A stretch of DNA of 64,000 nucleotides from Eledone cirrhosa (lineage: Eukaryota): contig CAXHJY010001472.1 in assembly GCA_964016885.1 (NCBI GenBank), forward strand, positions 930,001-994,000, in the 5' to 3' direction. Of the stretch, positions 41,801 to 54,406 are shown in pieces. Every line of letters begins with the position of its first letter. Within the stretch, counting starts at the first letter, position 1. The position numbers were made by a program, and so were the translations under genes. The notes under the pieces were generated by a model, which ran no database searches, was not told the origin of the DNA, and saw only the letters and a program-made list of their open reading frames with translations.

Positions 41801-44800
41801 TTTTTTTACAAATTATCTCCCCCTGATTTTTTTAAAAATGATCTCCCCTTGGACGGCTGGAAATGATCTCCCCTTGGCTGGTTGGAAATTATCTCCCCTT
41901 GGACCGCTAGAAATTATCTCTCCTTGGACGGCTGGAAATTATTTCCCCTTGATTTTTTTTACAAATCTCCCCCTAATTTAAAAAAAAATTATCTCCCCTT
42001 CGCTGGCTGGAAATTATCTCCCTTTGGACGGCTGGAAATTATAGCCCCTTGTAGGGCTGGAAATTATCTCCCCTTGGACGGCTGGAAATTATCTCCCCTT
42101 GATTTTTTTTACAAATTATCTCCCCCTGATTTTTTTAAAAATGACCTCCCCTTGGACGGCTGGAAATGATCTCCCCTTGGCTGGTTGGAAATTATCTCCC
42201 CTTGGACCGCTAGAAATTATCTCTCCTTGGATGGCTGGAAATTATCTCCCCTTGATTTTTCTACAAATTATCTCCCCCTGATTTTTTTTACAAATCTCCC
42301 AGTGATTTTTAAAAAAAATTTTCTCCCCTTCGCTGGCTGGAAATTATCTCCCCTTGGACGCTGGAAATTATAGCCCCTTGGAAGGCTGGAAATTATCTTC
42401 CCTTGGACGGCTGGAAATTATCTCCCCTTGATTTTTTTTTACAAATTATCTCCCCCTGATTTTTTTTTTACAAATTATCTCCCCCTGATTTTTTTTAACA
42501 AATTATCTCCGCCTGATTTTTTTAAAAAAATTATCTCCCCTTGGACGGCTGGAAATTATCTCCCCTTGGACGGCTGGAAATTATCTCCCCTTGGACGGCT
42601 AGAAATTACCTCTCCTTGGACGGCTGAAAATTATCTCCCCTTGGACGGCTGCAAATTATCTCCCCTTGATTTTTTTTACAAATTATCTCCCCTTGATTTT
42701 TTTTTATAAATTATCTCCCCCTGATTTTTTTTACAAATTATCTTCCCTTGGACGGCTGGAAATTATCTCCCCTTGGAAGGATGGAAATTATCTCCCCTTG
42801 GACGGCTGGAAATTATCTCCCCTTGCACGGCTGGAAATTATCTCCCCTTGGACAGCTGGAAATTATCTGCCCTTGATTTTTTTTTACAAATTATCTCCCC
42901 CTGATTTTTTTTTACAAATTATCTCCCCCTGATTTTTTTTTTACAAATTATCTCCGCCTGATTTTTTTTTAAATTATCTCCCCTTGGACGGCTGGAAATT
43001 ATCTCCCCTTGGACGGCTGGAAATTATCTTCCCTTGGACGGCTAGAAATTACCTCTCCTTGGACGGCTGAAAATTATCTCCCCTTGGACGGCTGGAAATT
43101 ATCTCCCCTTGATTTTTTTACAAATTATCTGCCCCTGATTTTTTTTTACAAATTATCTCCCCCTGATTTTTTTTTACAAATTATCTCCCCCTGATTTTTT
43201 TTTACTAATTATCTCCCCCTGATTTTTTTTTTACAAATTATCTCCCCCTGATTTTTTTACAAATTATCTCGCCCTGATTTTTTTTACAATCTCCGCCTGA
43301 TTTTTAAAAAAATTATCTTCCCTTGGCTGGCGGGAAATTATCTCCCCTTGGACGGCTGGAAATTATCTCCCCTTGGCTGGAAATTATCTCCCCTTGGACA
43401 CTGGAAATTATAGCCCCTTGGAGGGCTGGAAATTATCTTCCCTTGGACGGCTGGAAATTATCTCCTCTTGATTTTTTTACAAATTATCTGCCCCTGATTT
43501 TTTTTTTACAAATTATCTCCCCCTGATTTTTTTTTACAAATTATCTACCCCTGATTTTTTTTACAAATTATCTCCCCCTGATTTTTTTTTTACAAATTAT
43601 CTCCCCCTGATTTTTTTAAAAATGATCTCCCCTTGGACGGCTGGAAATGATCTCCCCTTGGCTGGTTGGAAATTATCTCCCCTTGGACCGCTAGAAATTA
43701 TCTCTCCTTGGACGGCTGGAAATTATTTCCCCTTGATTTTTTTTACAAATCTCCCCCTAATTTAAAAAAAAATTATCTCCCCTTCGCTGGCTGGAAATTA
43801 TCTCCCTTTGGACGGCTGGAAATTATAGCCCCTTGTAGGGCTGGAAATTATCTCCCCTTGGACGGCTGGAAATTATCTCCCCTTGATTTTTTTTACAAAT
43901 TATCTCCACCTGATTTTTTTAAAAATGATCTCTCCTTGGACGGCTGGAAATTATCTCCCCTTGATTTTTTTACAAATTATCTCGTCCTGATTTTTTTTAC
44001 AAATCTCCCAGTGATTTTTAAAAAAAAATTATCTCCCCTTCGCTGGCTGGAAATTATCTCACCTTGGACGCTGGAAATTATAGCCCCTTGGAGGGCTGGA
44101 AATTATCTTCACTTGGACGGCTGGAAATTATCTCCCCTTGATTTTTTTTACAAATTATCTCCCCCTGATTTTTTTTTACAAATTATCTCCCCCGGATTTT
44201 TTTTTATAAATTATCTCCCCCTGATTTTTTTTAACAAATTATCTCCGCCTGATTTTTAAAAAAAAATTATCTCCCCTTAGACGGCTGGAAATTATCTCCC
44301 CTTGGACGGCTGGAAATTATCTCCCCTTGGACGGCTAGAAATTGGACGGCTGAAAATTATCTCCCCTTGGACGGCTGCAAATTATCTCCCCTTGATTTTT
44401 TTTACAAATTATCTCCCCCTGATTTTTTTTTACAAATTATCTCCCCCTGATTTTTTTTTACAAATTATCTCCCCCTGATTTTTTTTTACAAATTATCTAC
44501 CCCTGATTTTTTTTTACAAATTATCTCCCCCTGATTTTTTTTTACAAATTATCTCCCCCTGATTTTTTTTTACAAATTATCTCCCCCTGATTTTTTTTTT
44601 ACAAATTATCTCCCCCTGATTTTTTTACAAATTATCTCCCCCTGATTTTTTTTACAATCTCCGCCTGATTTTTTAAAAAATGATCTCCCCTTGGACGGCT
44701 GGAAATGATCTCCCCTTGGCTGGTTGGAAATTATCTCCCCTTGGAGCGCTAGAAATTATCTCTCCTTGGACGGCTGGAAATTATCTCCCCTTGATTTTTT

Positions 44801-47800
44801 TACAAATTATCTCCCCCTGATTTTTTTTACAAATCTCCCAGTGATTTTTAAAAAAAAATTATCTCCCCTTCGCTGGCTGGAAATTATCTCCCCTTGGACG
44901 CTGGAAATTATAGCCCCCTTGGAGGGCTGGAAATTATCTTCCCTTGGACGGCTGGAAATTATCTCCCCTTGATTTTTTTTACAAATTATCTCCCCCTGAT
45001 TTTTTTTTACAAATTATCTCCGCCTGATTTTTAAAAAAAATTATCTCCCCTTGGACGGCTGGAATTATCTCCACTTGGACGGCTGGAAATTATCTCCCCT
45101 TGGACGGCTAGAAATTACCTCTCCTTGGACGGCTGAAAATTATCTCCCCTTGGACGGCTGCAAATTATCTCCCCTTGATTTTTTTTACAAATTATCTCCC
45201 CCTGATTTTTTTTTACAAATTATCTACCCCTGATTTTTTTTACAAATTATCTCCCCCTGATTTTTTTTTACAAATTATCTCCCCCTGATTTTTTTTTACA
45301 AATTATCTCCCCCTGATTTTTTTACAAATTATCTCCCCCTGATTTTTTTTACAATCTCCGCCTGATTTTTTAAAAAATAATCTTCCCTTGGCTGGCGGGA
45401 AATTATCTCCCCTTGGACGGCTGGAAATTATCTCCCCTTGGAAGGATAGAAATTATCTCCCCTTGGACGGCTGGAAATTATCTCCCCTTGCACGGCTGGA
45501 AATTATCTCCCCTTGGACAGCTGGAAATTATCTGCCCTTGATTTTGTTTTTACAAATTATCTCCCCCTGATTTTTTTTACAAATTATCTCCACCTGATTT
45601 TTTAAAAAATTATCTCCCCTTGGACGGCTGGAAATTATCTCCCCTTGGCTGGAAATTATCTCCCCTTGGACGGCTAGAAATTATCTCTCTTTGGACGGCT
45701 GGAAATTATCTCCCTTTGATTTTTTTTACAAATTATCTCCCTCTGATTTTTTTTACAAATCTCCCCCTGATTTTTAAAAAAAAATTATCTCCCCTTCGCT
45801 GGCTGGAAATTATCTCCCCTTGGACACTGGAAATTATAGCCCCTTGGAGGGCTGGAAATTATCTTCCCTTGGACGGCTGGAAATTATCTCCCCTTGATTT
45901 TTTTTACAAATTATCTCCCCCTGATATTTTTTTTACAAATTATCTCCCCCTGATTTTTTTACAAATTATCTCCCCCTGATTTTTTTTACAAATTATCTCC
46001 GCCTGATTTTTTTAAATATTATCTTCCCTTGGCTGGCGGGAAATTATCTCCCCTTGGACGGTTGGAAATTATCTCCCCTTGCACTGCTGGAAATTATCTC
46101 CCCTTGGACGGCTGGAAATTATCTCCCCTTGATTTTTTTTTACAAATTATCTGCCCCTGATTTTTTTTTACAAATTATCTCCCCCTGATTTTTTTTTACA
46201 AATTATCTCCGCCTGATTTTTAAAAAAAAATTATCTCCCCTTAGACGGCTGGAAATTATCTCCCCTTGGACGGCTGGAAATTATCTCCCCTTGGACGGCT
46301 AGAAATTGGACGGCTGAAAATTATCTCCCCTTGGACGGCTGCAAATTATCTCCCCTTGATTTTTTTTACAAATTATCTCCCCCTGATTTTTTTTTACAAA
46401 TTATCTCCCCCTGATTTTTTTTTTACAAATTATCTCCCCCTGATTTTTTTACAAATTATCTCCCCCTGATTTTTTTTACAATCTCCGCCTGATTTTTTAA
46501 AAAATTATCTTCCCTTGGCTGGCGGGAAATTATCTCCCCTTGGACGGCTGGAAATTATCTTCCCTTGGCTGGAAATTATCTCCCCTTGGACACTGGAAAT
46601 TATAGCCCCTTGGAGGGCTGGAAATTATCTTCCCTTGGACGGCTGGAAATTATCTCCCCTTGATTTTTTTACAAATTATCTGCCCCTGATTTTTTTTTAC
46701 AAATTATCTCCCCCTGATTTTTTTTTACAAATTATCTACCCCTGATTTTTTTTACAAATTATCTCCCCCTGATTTTTTTTTTACAAATTATCTCCCCCTG
46801 ATTTTTTTAAAAATGATCTCCCCTTGGACGGCTGGAAATGATCTCCCCTTGGCTGGTTGGAAATTATCTCCCCTTGGACCGCTAGAAATTATCTCCCCTT
46901 GGACGGCTGGAAATTATCTCCCCTTGGTTGGAAATTATCTCCCCTTGGACGGCTAGAAATTATCTCTGTTTGGACGGCTGGAAATTATCTCCCTTTGATT
47001 TTTTTAACAAATTATCTCCCTCTGATTTTTTTTACAAATCTCCCCCTGATTTTTTTAAAAAAATTATCTCCCCTTCGCTGGCTGGAAATTATCTCCCCTT
47101 GGACACTGGAAATTATAGCCCCCTGGAGGGCTGGAAATTATCTTCCCTTGGACGGCTGGAAATTATCTCCCCTTGATTTTTTTTACAAATTATCTCCCCC
47201 TGATTTTTTTTTTACAAATTATCTCCCCCTGATTTTTTTTACAAATTATCTCCCCCTGATTTTTTTACAAATTATCTCCGCCTGATTTTTTTAAAAATTA
47301 TCTTCCCTTGGCTGGCGGGAAATTATCTCCCCTTGGACGGCTGGAAATTATCTCCCCTTGGAAGGATGGAAATTATCTCCCCTTGGACAGCTGGAAATTA
47401 TCTCCCCTTGGACGGCTGAAAATTATCTCCCCTTGATTTTTTTTTTACAAATTATCTCCCCCTGATTTTTTTTTACAAATTATCTCCCCCTGATTTTTTT
47501 TTTACAAATTATCTCTCCCTGATTTTTTTTTACAAATATCTCCCCTTGGCTGGCTGGAAATTATCTCCCCTTGGACGGTTGGAAATTATCTCCCCTTGGA
47601 CGGCTGGAAATTATCTCCCCTTGGACGGCTGGAAATTATCTCCTCTTGGACGGCTGGAAATTATCTCCCCTTGGACGGCTGGAAATTATCTGCCCTTGAT
47701 TTTTTTTTACAAATTATCTCCCCCTGATTTTTTTAAAAATGATCTCCCCTTGGACGGCTGGAAATGATCTCCCCTTGGCTGGTTGGAAATTATCTCCCCT

Positions 47801-47920
47801 TGGACCGCTAGAAATTATCTCTCCTTGGACGGCTGGAAATTATCTCCCTTTGATTTTTTTACAAATTATCTCGTCCTGATTTTTTTTACAAATCTCCCAG
47901 TGATTTTTAAAAAAAAATTA
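26891..47920. repeat. Copy 2 (21,030 bp) of the large tandem higher-order repeat
   Basis: The offset to copy 1 steps 22197 to 23170 (+973) to 21030 (-2140). The junction with copy 1 lies within 26891-26919 and homology ends at ~47949. Confidence 0.9.
34388..36333. repeat. 973-bp tandem duplication private to copy 2
   Basis: ORF offset is 973 (34493/35466, 34742/35715, 35084/36057). Both halves carry a private C>G (CTCGCAGTG at 35198 and 36171). Confidence 0.93.
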
Positions 47921-48346
47921 TCTCCCCTTCGCTGGCTGGAAATTATCTCACCTTGGACGCTGGAAATTATAGCCCCTTGGAGGGCTGGAAATTATCTTCA
48001 CTTGGACGGCTGGAAATTATCTCCCCTTGATTTTTTTTACAAATTATCTCCCCCTGATTTTTTTTTACAAATTATCTCCCCCGGATTTTTTTTTATAAAT
48101 TATCTCCCCCTGATTTTTTTTAACAAATTATCTCCGCCTGATTTTTAAAAAAAAATTATCTCCCCTTGGACGGCTGGAAATTATCTCCCCTTGGCTGGAA
48201 ATTATCTCCCCTTGGACGGCTAGAAATTATCTCTCTTTGGACGGCTGGAAATTATCTCCCTTTGATTTTTTTTACAAATTATCTCCCTCTGATTTTTTTT
48301 ACAAATCTCCCCCTGATTTTTAAAAAAAAATTATCTCCCCTTCGCT

Positions 48347-51300
48347 GGCTGGAAATTATCTCCCCTTGGACACTGGAAATTATAGCCCCTTGGAGGGCTG
48401 GAAATTATCTTCCCTTGGACGGCTGGAAATTATCTCCCCTTGATTTTTTTTACAAATTATCTCCCCCTGATATTTTTTTTACAAATTATCTCCCCCTGAT
48501 TTTTTTACAAATTATCTCCCCCTGATTTTTTTTACAAATTATCTCCGCCTGATTTTTTTAAATATTATCTTCCCTTGGCTGGCGGGAAATTATCTCCCCT
48601 TGGACGGTTGGAAATTATCTCCCCTTGCACTGCTGGAAATTATCTCCCCTTGGACGGCTGGAAATTATCTCCCCTTGCACGGCTGGAAATTATCATCCCC
48701 TTGGACGGCTGAAAATTATCTCCCCTTGATTTTTTTTTTCAAATTATCTGCCCCTGATTTTTTTTTACAAATTATCTCCCCCTGATTTTTTTTTACAAAT
48801 TATCTCCGCCTGATTTTTAAAAAAAAATTATCTCCCCTTAGACGGCTGGAAATTATCTCCCCTTGGACGGCTGGAAATTATCTCCCCTTGGACGGCTAGA
48901 AATTGGACGGCTGAAAATTATCTCCCCTTGGACGGCTGCAAATTATCTCCCCTTGATTTTTTTTACAAATTATCTCCCCCTGATTTTTTTTTACAAATTA
49001 TCTCCCCCTGATTTTTTTTTTACAAATTATCTCCCCCTGATTTTTTTACAAATTATCTCCCCCTGATTTTTTTTACAATCTCCGCCTGATTTTTTAAAAA
49101 ATTATCTTCCCTTGGCTGGCGGGAAATTATCTCCCCTTGGACGGCTGGAAATTATCTCCCCTTGGCTGGAAATTATCTCCCCTTGGACACTGGAAATTAT
49201 AGCCCCTTGGAGGGCTGGAAATTATCTTCCCTTGGACGGCTGGAAATTATCTCCCCTTGATTTTTTTACAAATTATCTGCCCCTGATTTTTTTTTACAAA
49301 TTATCTCCCCCTGATTTTTTTTTACAAATTATCTACCCCTGATTTTTTTTACAAATTATCTCCCCCTGATTTTTTTTTTACAAATTATCTCCCCCTGATT
49401 TTTTTAAAAATGATCTCCCCTTGGACGGCTGGAAATGATCTCCCCTTGGCTGGTTGGAAATTATCTCCCCTTGGACCGCTAGAAATTATCTCTCCTTGGA
49501 TGGCTGGAAATTATCTCCCCTTGATTTTTCTACAAATTATCTCCCCCTGATTTTTTTTACAAATCTCCCAGTGATTTTTAAAAAAAATTTTCTCCCCTTC
49601 GCTGGCTGGAAATTATCTCCCCTTGGACGCTGGAAATTATAGCCCCTTGGAAGGCTGGAAATTATCTTCCCTTGGACGGCTGGAAATTATCTCCCCTTGA
49701 ATTTTTTTTACAAATTATCTTCCCCTGATTTTTTTTTTTACAAATTATCTCCCCCTGATTTTTTTTAACAAATTATCTCCCCTTGGACGGCTGGAAATTA
49801 TCTCCCCTTGGACGGCTGGAAATTATCTCCCCTTGGACGGCTAGAAATTACCTCTCCTTGGACGGCTGAAAATTATCTCCCCTTGGACGGCTGCAAATTA
49901 TCTCCCCTTGATTTTTTTTACAAATTATCTCCCCTTGATTTTTTTTACAAATTATCTCCCCCTGATTTTTTTTACAAATTATCTTCCCTTGGACGGCTGG
50001 AAATTATCTCCCCTTGGAAGGATGGAAATTATCTCCCCTTGGACGGCTGGAAATTATCTCCCCTTGCACGGCTGGAAATTATCTCCCCTTGGACAGCTGG
50101 AAATTATCTGCCCTTGATTTTGTTTTTACAAATTATCTCCCCCTGATTTTTTTTACAAATTATCTCCACCTGATTTTTTTAAAAATTATCTCCCCTTGGA
50201 CGGCTGGAAATTATCTCCCCTTGGCTGGAAATTATCTCCCCTTGGACGGCTAGAAATTATCTCTCTTTGGACGGCTGGAAATTATCTCCCTTTGATTTTT
50301 TTAACAAATTATCTCCCTCTGATTTTTTTTACAAATCTCCCCCTGATTTTTTTAAAAAAATTATCTCCCCTTCGCTGGCTGGAAATTATCTCCCCTTGGA
50401 CACTGGAAATTATAGCCCCCTGGAGGGCTGGAAATTATCTTCCCTTGGACAGCTGGAAATTATCTCCCCTTGATTTTTTTTACAAATTATCTCCCCCTGA
50501 TTTTTTTTTACAAATTATCTCCCCCTGATTTTTTTTACAAATTATCTCCCCCTGATTTTTTTTTACAAATTATCTCCCCCTGATATTTTTTTTACAAATT
50601 ATCTCCGCCTGATTTTTAAAAAAAAATTATCTCCCCTTGGACGGCTGGAAATTATCTCCCCTTGGACGGCTGGAAATTATCTCCCCTTGGACGGCTACAA
50701 ATTACCTCTCCTTGGACGGCTGAAAATTATCTCCCCTTGGACGGCTGCAAATTATCTCCCCTTGATTTTTTTTACAAATTATCTCCCCCTGATTTTTTTT
50801 TTACAAATTATCTCCCCCTGATTTTTTTTTTACAAATCTCCGCCTGATTTTTAAAAAAAATTATCTCCCCTTGGACGGCTGGAAATTATCTCCCCTTGGA
50901 CGGCTGGAAATTATCTTCCCTTGGACGGCTAGAAATTACCTCTCCTTGGACGGCTGAAAATTATCTCCCCTTGGACGGCTGGAAATTATCTCCCCTTGAT
51001 TTTTTTACAAATTATCTGCCCCTGATTTTTTTTTTACAAATTATCTCCCCCTGATTTTTTTAAAAATGATCTCCCCTTGGACGGCTGGAAATGATCTCCC
51101 CTTGGCTGGTTGGAAATTATCTCCCCTTGGACCGCTAGAAATAATCTCTCCTTGGACGGCTGGAAATTATCTCCCCTTGATTTTTTTTACAAATCTCCCC
51201 CTAATTTAAAAAAAAATTATCTCCCCTTCGCTGGCTGGAAATTATCTCCCTTTGGACGGCTGGAAATTATCTCCCCTTGGACGGCTGGAAATTATCTCCC

Positions 51301-54300
51301 CTTGATTTTCTTTACAAATTATCTCCCCCTGACTTTTTTAAAAATGATCTCCCCTTGGACGGCTGGAAATGATCTCCCCTTGGCTGGTTGGAAATTTTCT
51401 CCCCTTGGACCGCTAGAAATTATCTCTCCTTGGACGGCTGGAAATTATCTCCCCTTGATTTTTTTACAAATTATCTCCCCCTGATTTTTTTTACAAATCT
51501 CCCAGTGATTTTTTAAAAAAATTATCTCCCCTTCGCTGGCTGGAAATTATCTCCCCTTGGACGCTGGAAATTATAGCCCCTTGGAGGGCTGGAAATTATC
51601 TTCCCTTGGACGGCTGGAAATTATCTCCCCTTGATTTTTTTTTACAAATTATCTCCCCCTGATTTTTTTTTACAAATTATCTCCCCCTGATTTTTTTTAC
51701 AAATTATCTCCCCCTGATTTTTTTTAACAAATTATCTCCCCTTGGACGGCTGGAAATTATCTCCCATTGGACGGCTGGAAATTATCTCCCCTTGGACGGC
51801 TAGAAATTACCTCTCCTTGGACAGCTGAAAATTATCTCCCCTTGAACGGCTGCAAATTATCTCCCCTTGATTTTTTTTACAAATTATCTCCCCTTGATTT
51901 TTTTTTACAAATTATCTCCCCCTGATTTTTTTTACAAATTATCTCCCCCTGATTTTTTTTTACAAATTATCTCCCCCTGATTTTTTTTACAAAATATCTC
52001 CCCCTGATTTTTTTACAAATTATCTCCCCCTGATTTTTTTTACAATCTCCGCCTGATTTTTTTAAAAATTATCTTCCCTTGGCTGGCTGGAAATTATCTC
52101 CCCTTGGACGGCTGGAAATTATCTCCCCTTGGAAGGATGGAAATTATCTCCCCTTGGACGGCTGGAAATTATCTCCCCTTGCACGGCTGGAAATTATCTC
52201 CCCTTGGACAGCTGGAAATTATCTGCCCTTGATTTGGTTTTTACAAATTATGTTCCCCTGATTTTTTTTACAAATTATCTCCACCTGATTTTTTAAAAAA
52301 TTATCTCCCCTTGGACGGCTGGAAATTATCTCCCCTTGGTTGGAAATTATCTCCCCTTGGACGGCTAGAAATTATCTCTGTTTGGACGGCTGGAAATTAT
52401 CTCCCTTTGATTTTTTTAACAAATTATCTCCCTCTGATTTTTTTTACAAATCTCCCCCTGATTTTTTTAAAAAAATTATCTCCCCTTCGCTGACTGGAAA
52501 TTATCTCCCCTTGGACACTGGAAATTATAGCCCCCTGGAGGGCTGGAAATTATCTTCCCTTGGACGGCTGGAAATTATCTCCCCTTGATTTTTTTTACAA
52601 ATTATCTCCCCCTGATTTTTTTTTTACAAATTATCTCCCCCTGATTTTTTTTACAAATTATCTCCCCCTGATTTTTTTACAAATTATCTCCGCCTGATTT
52701 TTTTAAAAATTATCTTCCCTTGGCTGGCGGGAAATTATCTCCCCTTGGACGGCTGGAAATTATCTCCCCTTGGAAGGATGGAAATTATCTCCCCTTGGAC
52801 AGCTGGAAATTATCTCCCCTTGGACGGCTGAAAATTATCTCCCCTTGATTTTTTTTTTACAAATTATCTCCCCCTGATTTTTTTTTACAAATTATCTCCC
52901 CCTGATTTTTTTTTTACAAATTATCTCTCCCTGATTTTTTTTTACAAATATCTCCCCTTGGCTGGCTGGAAATTATCTCCCCTTGGACGGTTGGAAATTA
53001 TCTCCCCTTGGACGGCTGGAAATTATCTCCCCTTGGACGGCTGGAAATTATCTCCTCTTGGACGGCTGGAAATTATCTCCCCTTGGACGGCTGGAAATTA
53101 TCTGCCCTTGATTTTTTTTTACAAATTATCTCCCCCTGATTTTTTTAAAAATGATCTCCCCTTGGACGGCTGGAAATGATCTCCCCTTGGCTGGTTGGAA
53201 ATTATCTCCCCTTGGACCGCTAGAAATTATCTCTCCTTGGACGGCTGGAAATTATCTCCCCTTGATTTTTTTACAAATTATCTCGTCCTGATTTTTTTTA
53301 CAAATCTCCCAGTGATTTTTAAAAAAAAATTATCTCCCCTTCGCTGGCTGGAAATTATCTCACCTTGGACGCTGGAAATTATAGCCCCTTGGAGGGCTGG
53401 AAATTATCTTCACTTGGACGGCTGGAAATTATCTCCCCTTGATTTTTTTTACAAATTATCTCCCCCTGATTTTTTTTTACAAATTATCTCCCCCGGATTT
53501 TTTTTTATAAATTATCTCCCCCTGATTTTTTTTAACAAATTATCTCCGCCTGATTTTTTAAAAAAAATTATCTCCCCTTAGACGGCTGGAAATTATCTCC
53601 CCTTGGACGGCTGGAAATTATCTCCCCTTGGACGGCTAGAAATTGGACGGCTGAAAATTATCTCCCCTTGGACGGCTGCAAATTATCTCCCCTTGATTTT
53701 TTTTACAAATTATCTCCCCCTGATTTTTTTTTACAAATTATCTCCCCCTGATTTTTTTTTACAAATTATCTCCCCCTGATTTTTTTTTACAAATTATCTA
53801 CCCCTGATTTTTTTTTACAAATTATCTCCCCCTGATTTTTTTTTACAAATTATCTCCCCCTGATTTTTTTTTACAAATTATCTCCCCCTGATTTTTTTTT
53901 TACAAATTATCTCCCCCTGATTTTTTTACAAATTATCTCCCCCTGATTTTTTTTACAATCTCCGCCTGATTTTTTAAAAAATGATCTCCCCTTGGACGGC
54001 TGGAAATGATCTCCCCTTGGCTGGTTGGAAATTATCTCCCCTTGGACCGCTAGAAATTATCTCTCCTTGGACGGCTGGAAATTATCTCCCCTTGATTTTT
54101 TTACAAATTATCTCCCCCTGATTTTTTTTACAAATCTCCCAGTGATTTTTAAAAAAAAATTATCTCCCCTTCGCTGGCTGGAAATTATCTCCCCTTGGAC
54201 GCTGGAAATTATAGCCCCCTTGGAGGGCTGGAAATTATCTTCCCTTGGACGGCTGGAAATTATCTCCCCTTGATTTTTTTACAAATTATCTCCCCCTGAT

Positions 54301-54406
54301 TTTTTTTTACAAATTATCTCCGCCTGATTTTTAAAAAAAAATTATCTCCCCTTGGACGGCTGGAATTATCTCCCCTTGGACGGCTGGAAATTATCTCCCC
54401 TTGGAC
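48347..54406. repeat. Circularly permuted copy of the 6,060-bp unit, lacking one 25-bp A monomer near 51270
   Basis: Offsets are 44897 (3703/48600 to 6213/51110), 50957 (153/51110) and 50932 (1147/52079 to 3093/54025). Variants CCCATTGG, TTGAACGG and ACAAAATATC were seen only at 0.83-1.07 kb and 51.76-52.0 kb. Confidence 0.85.
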
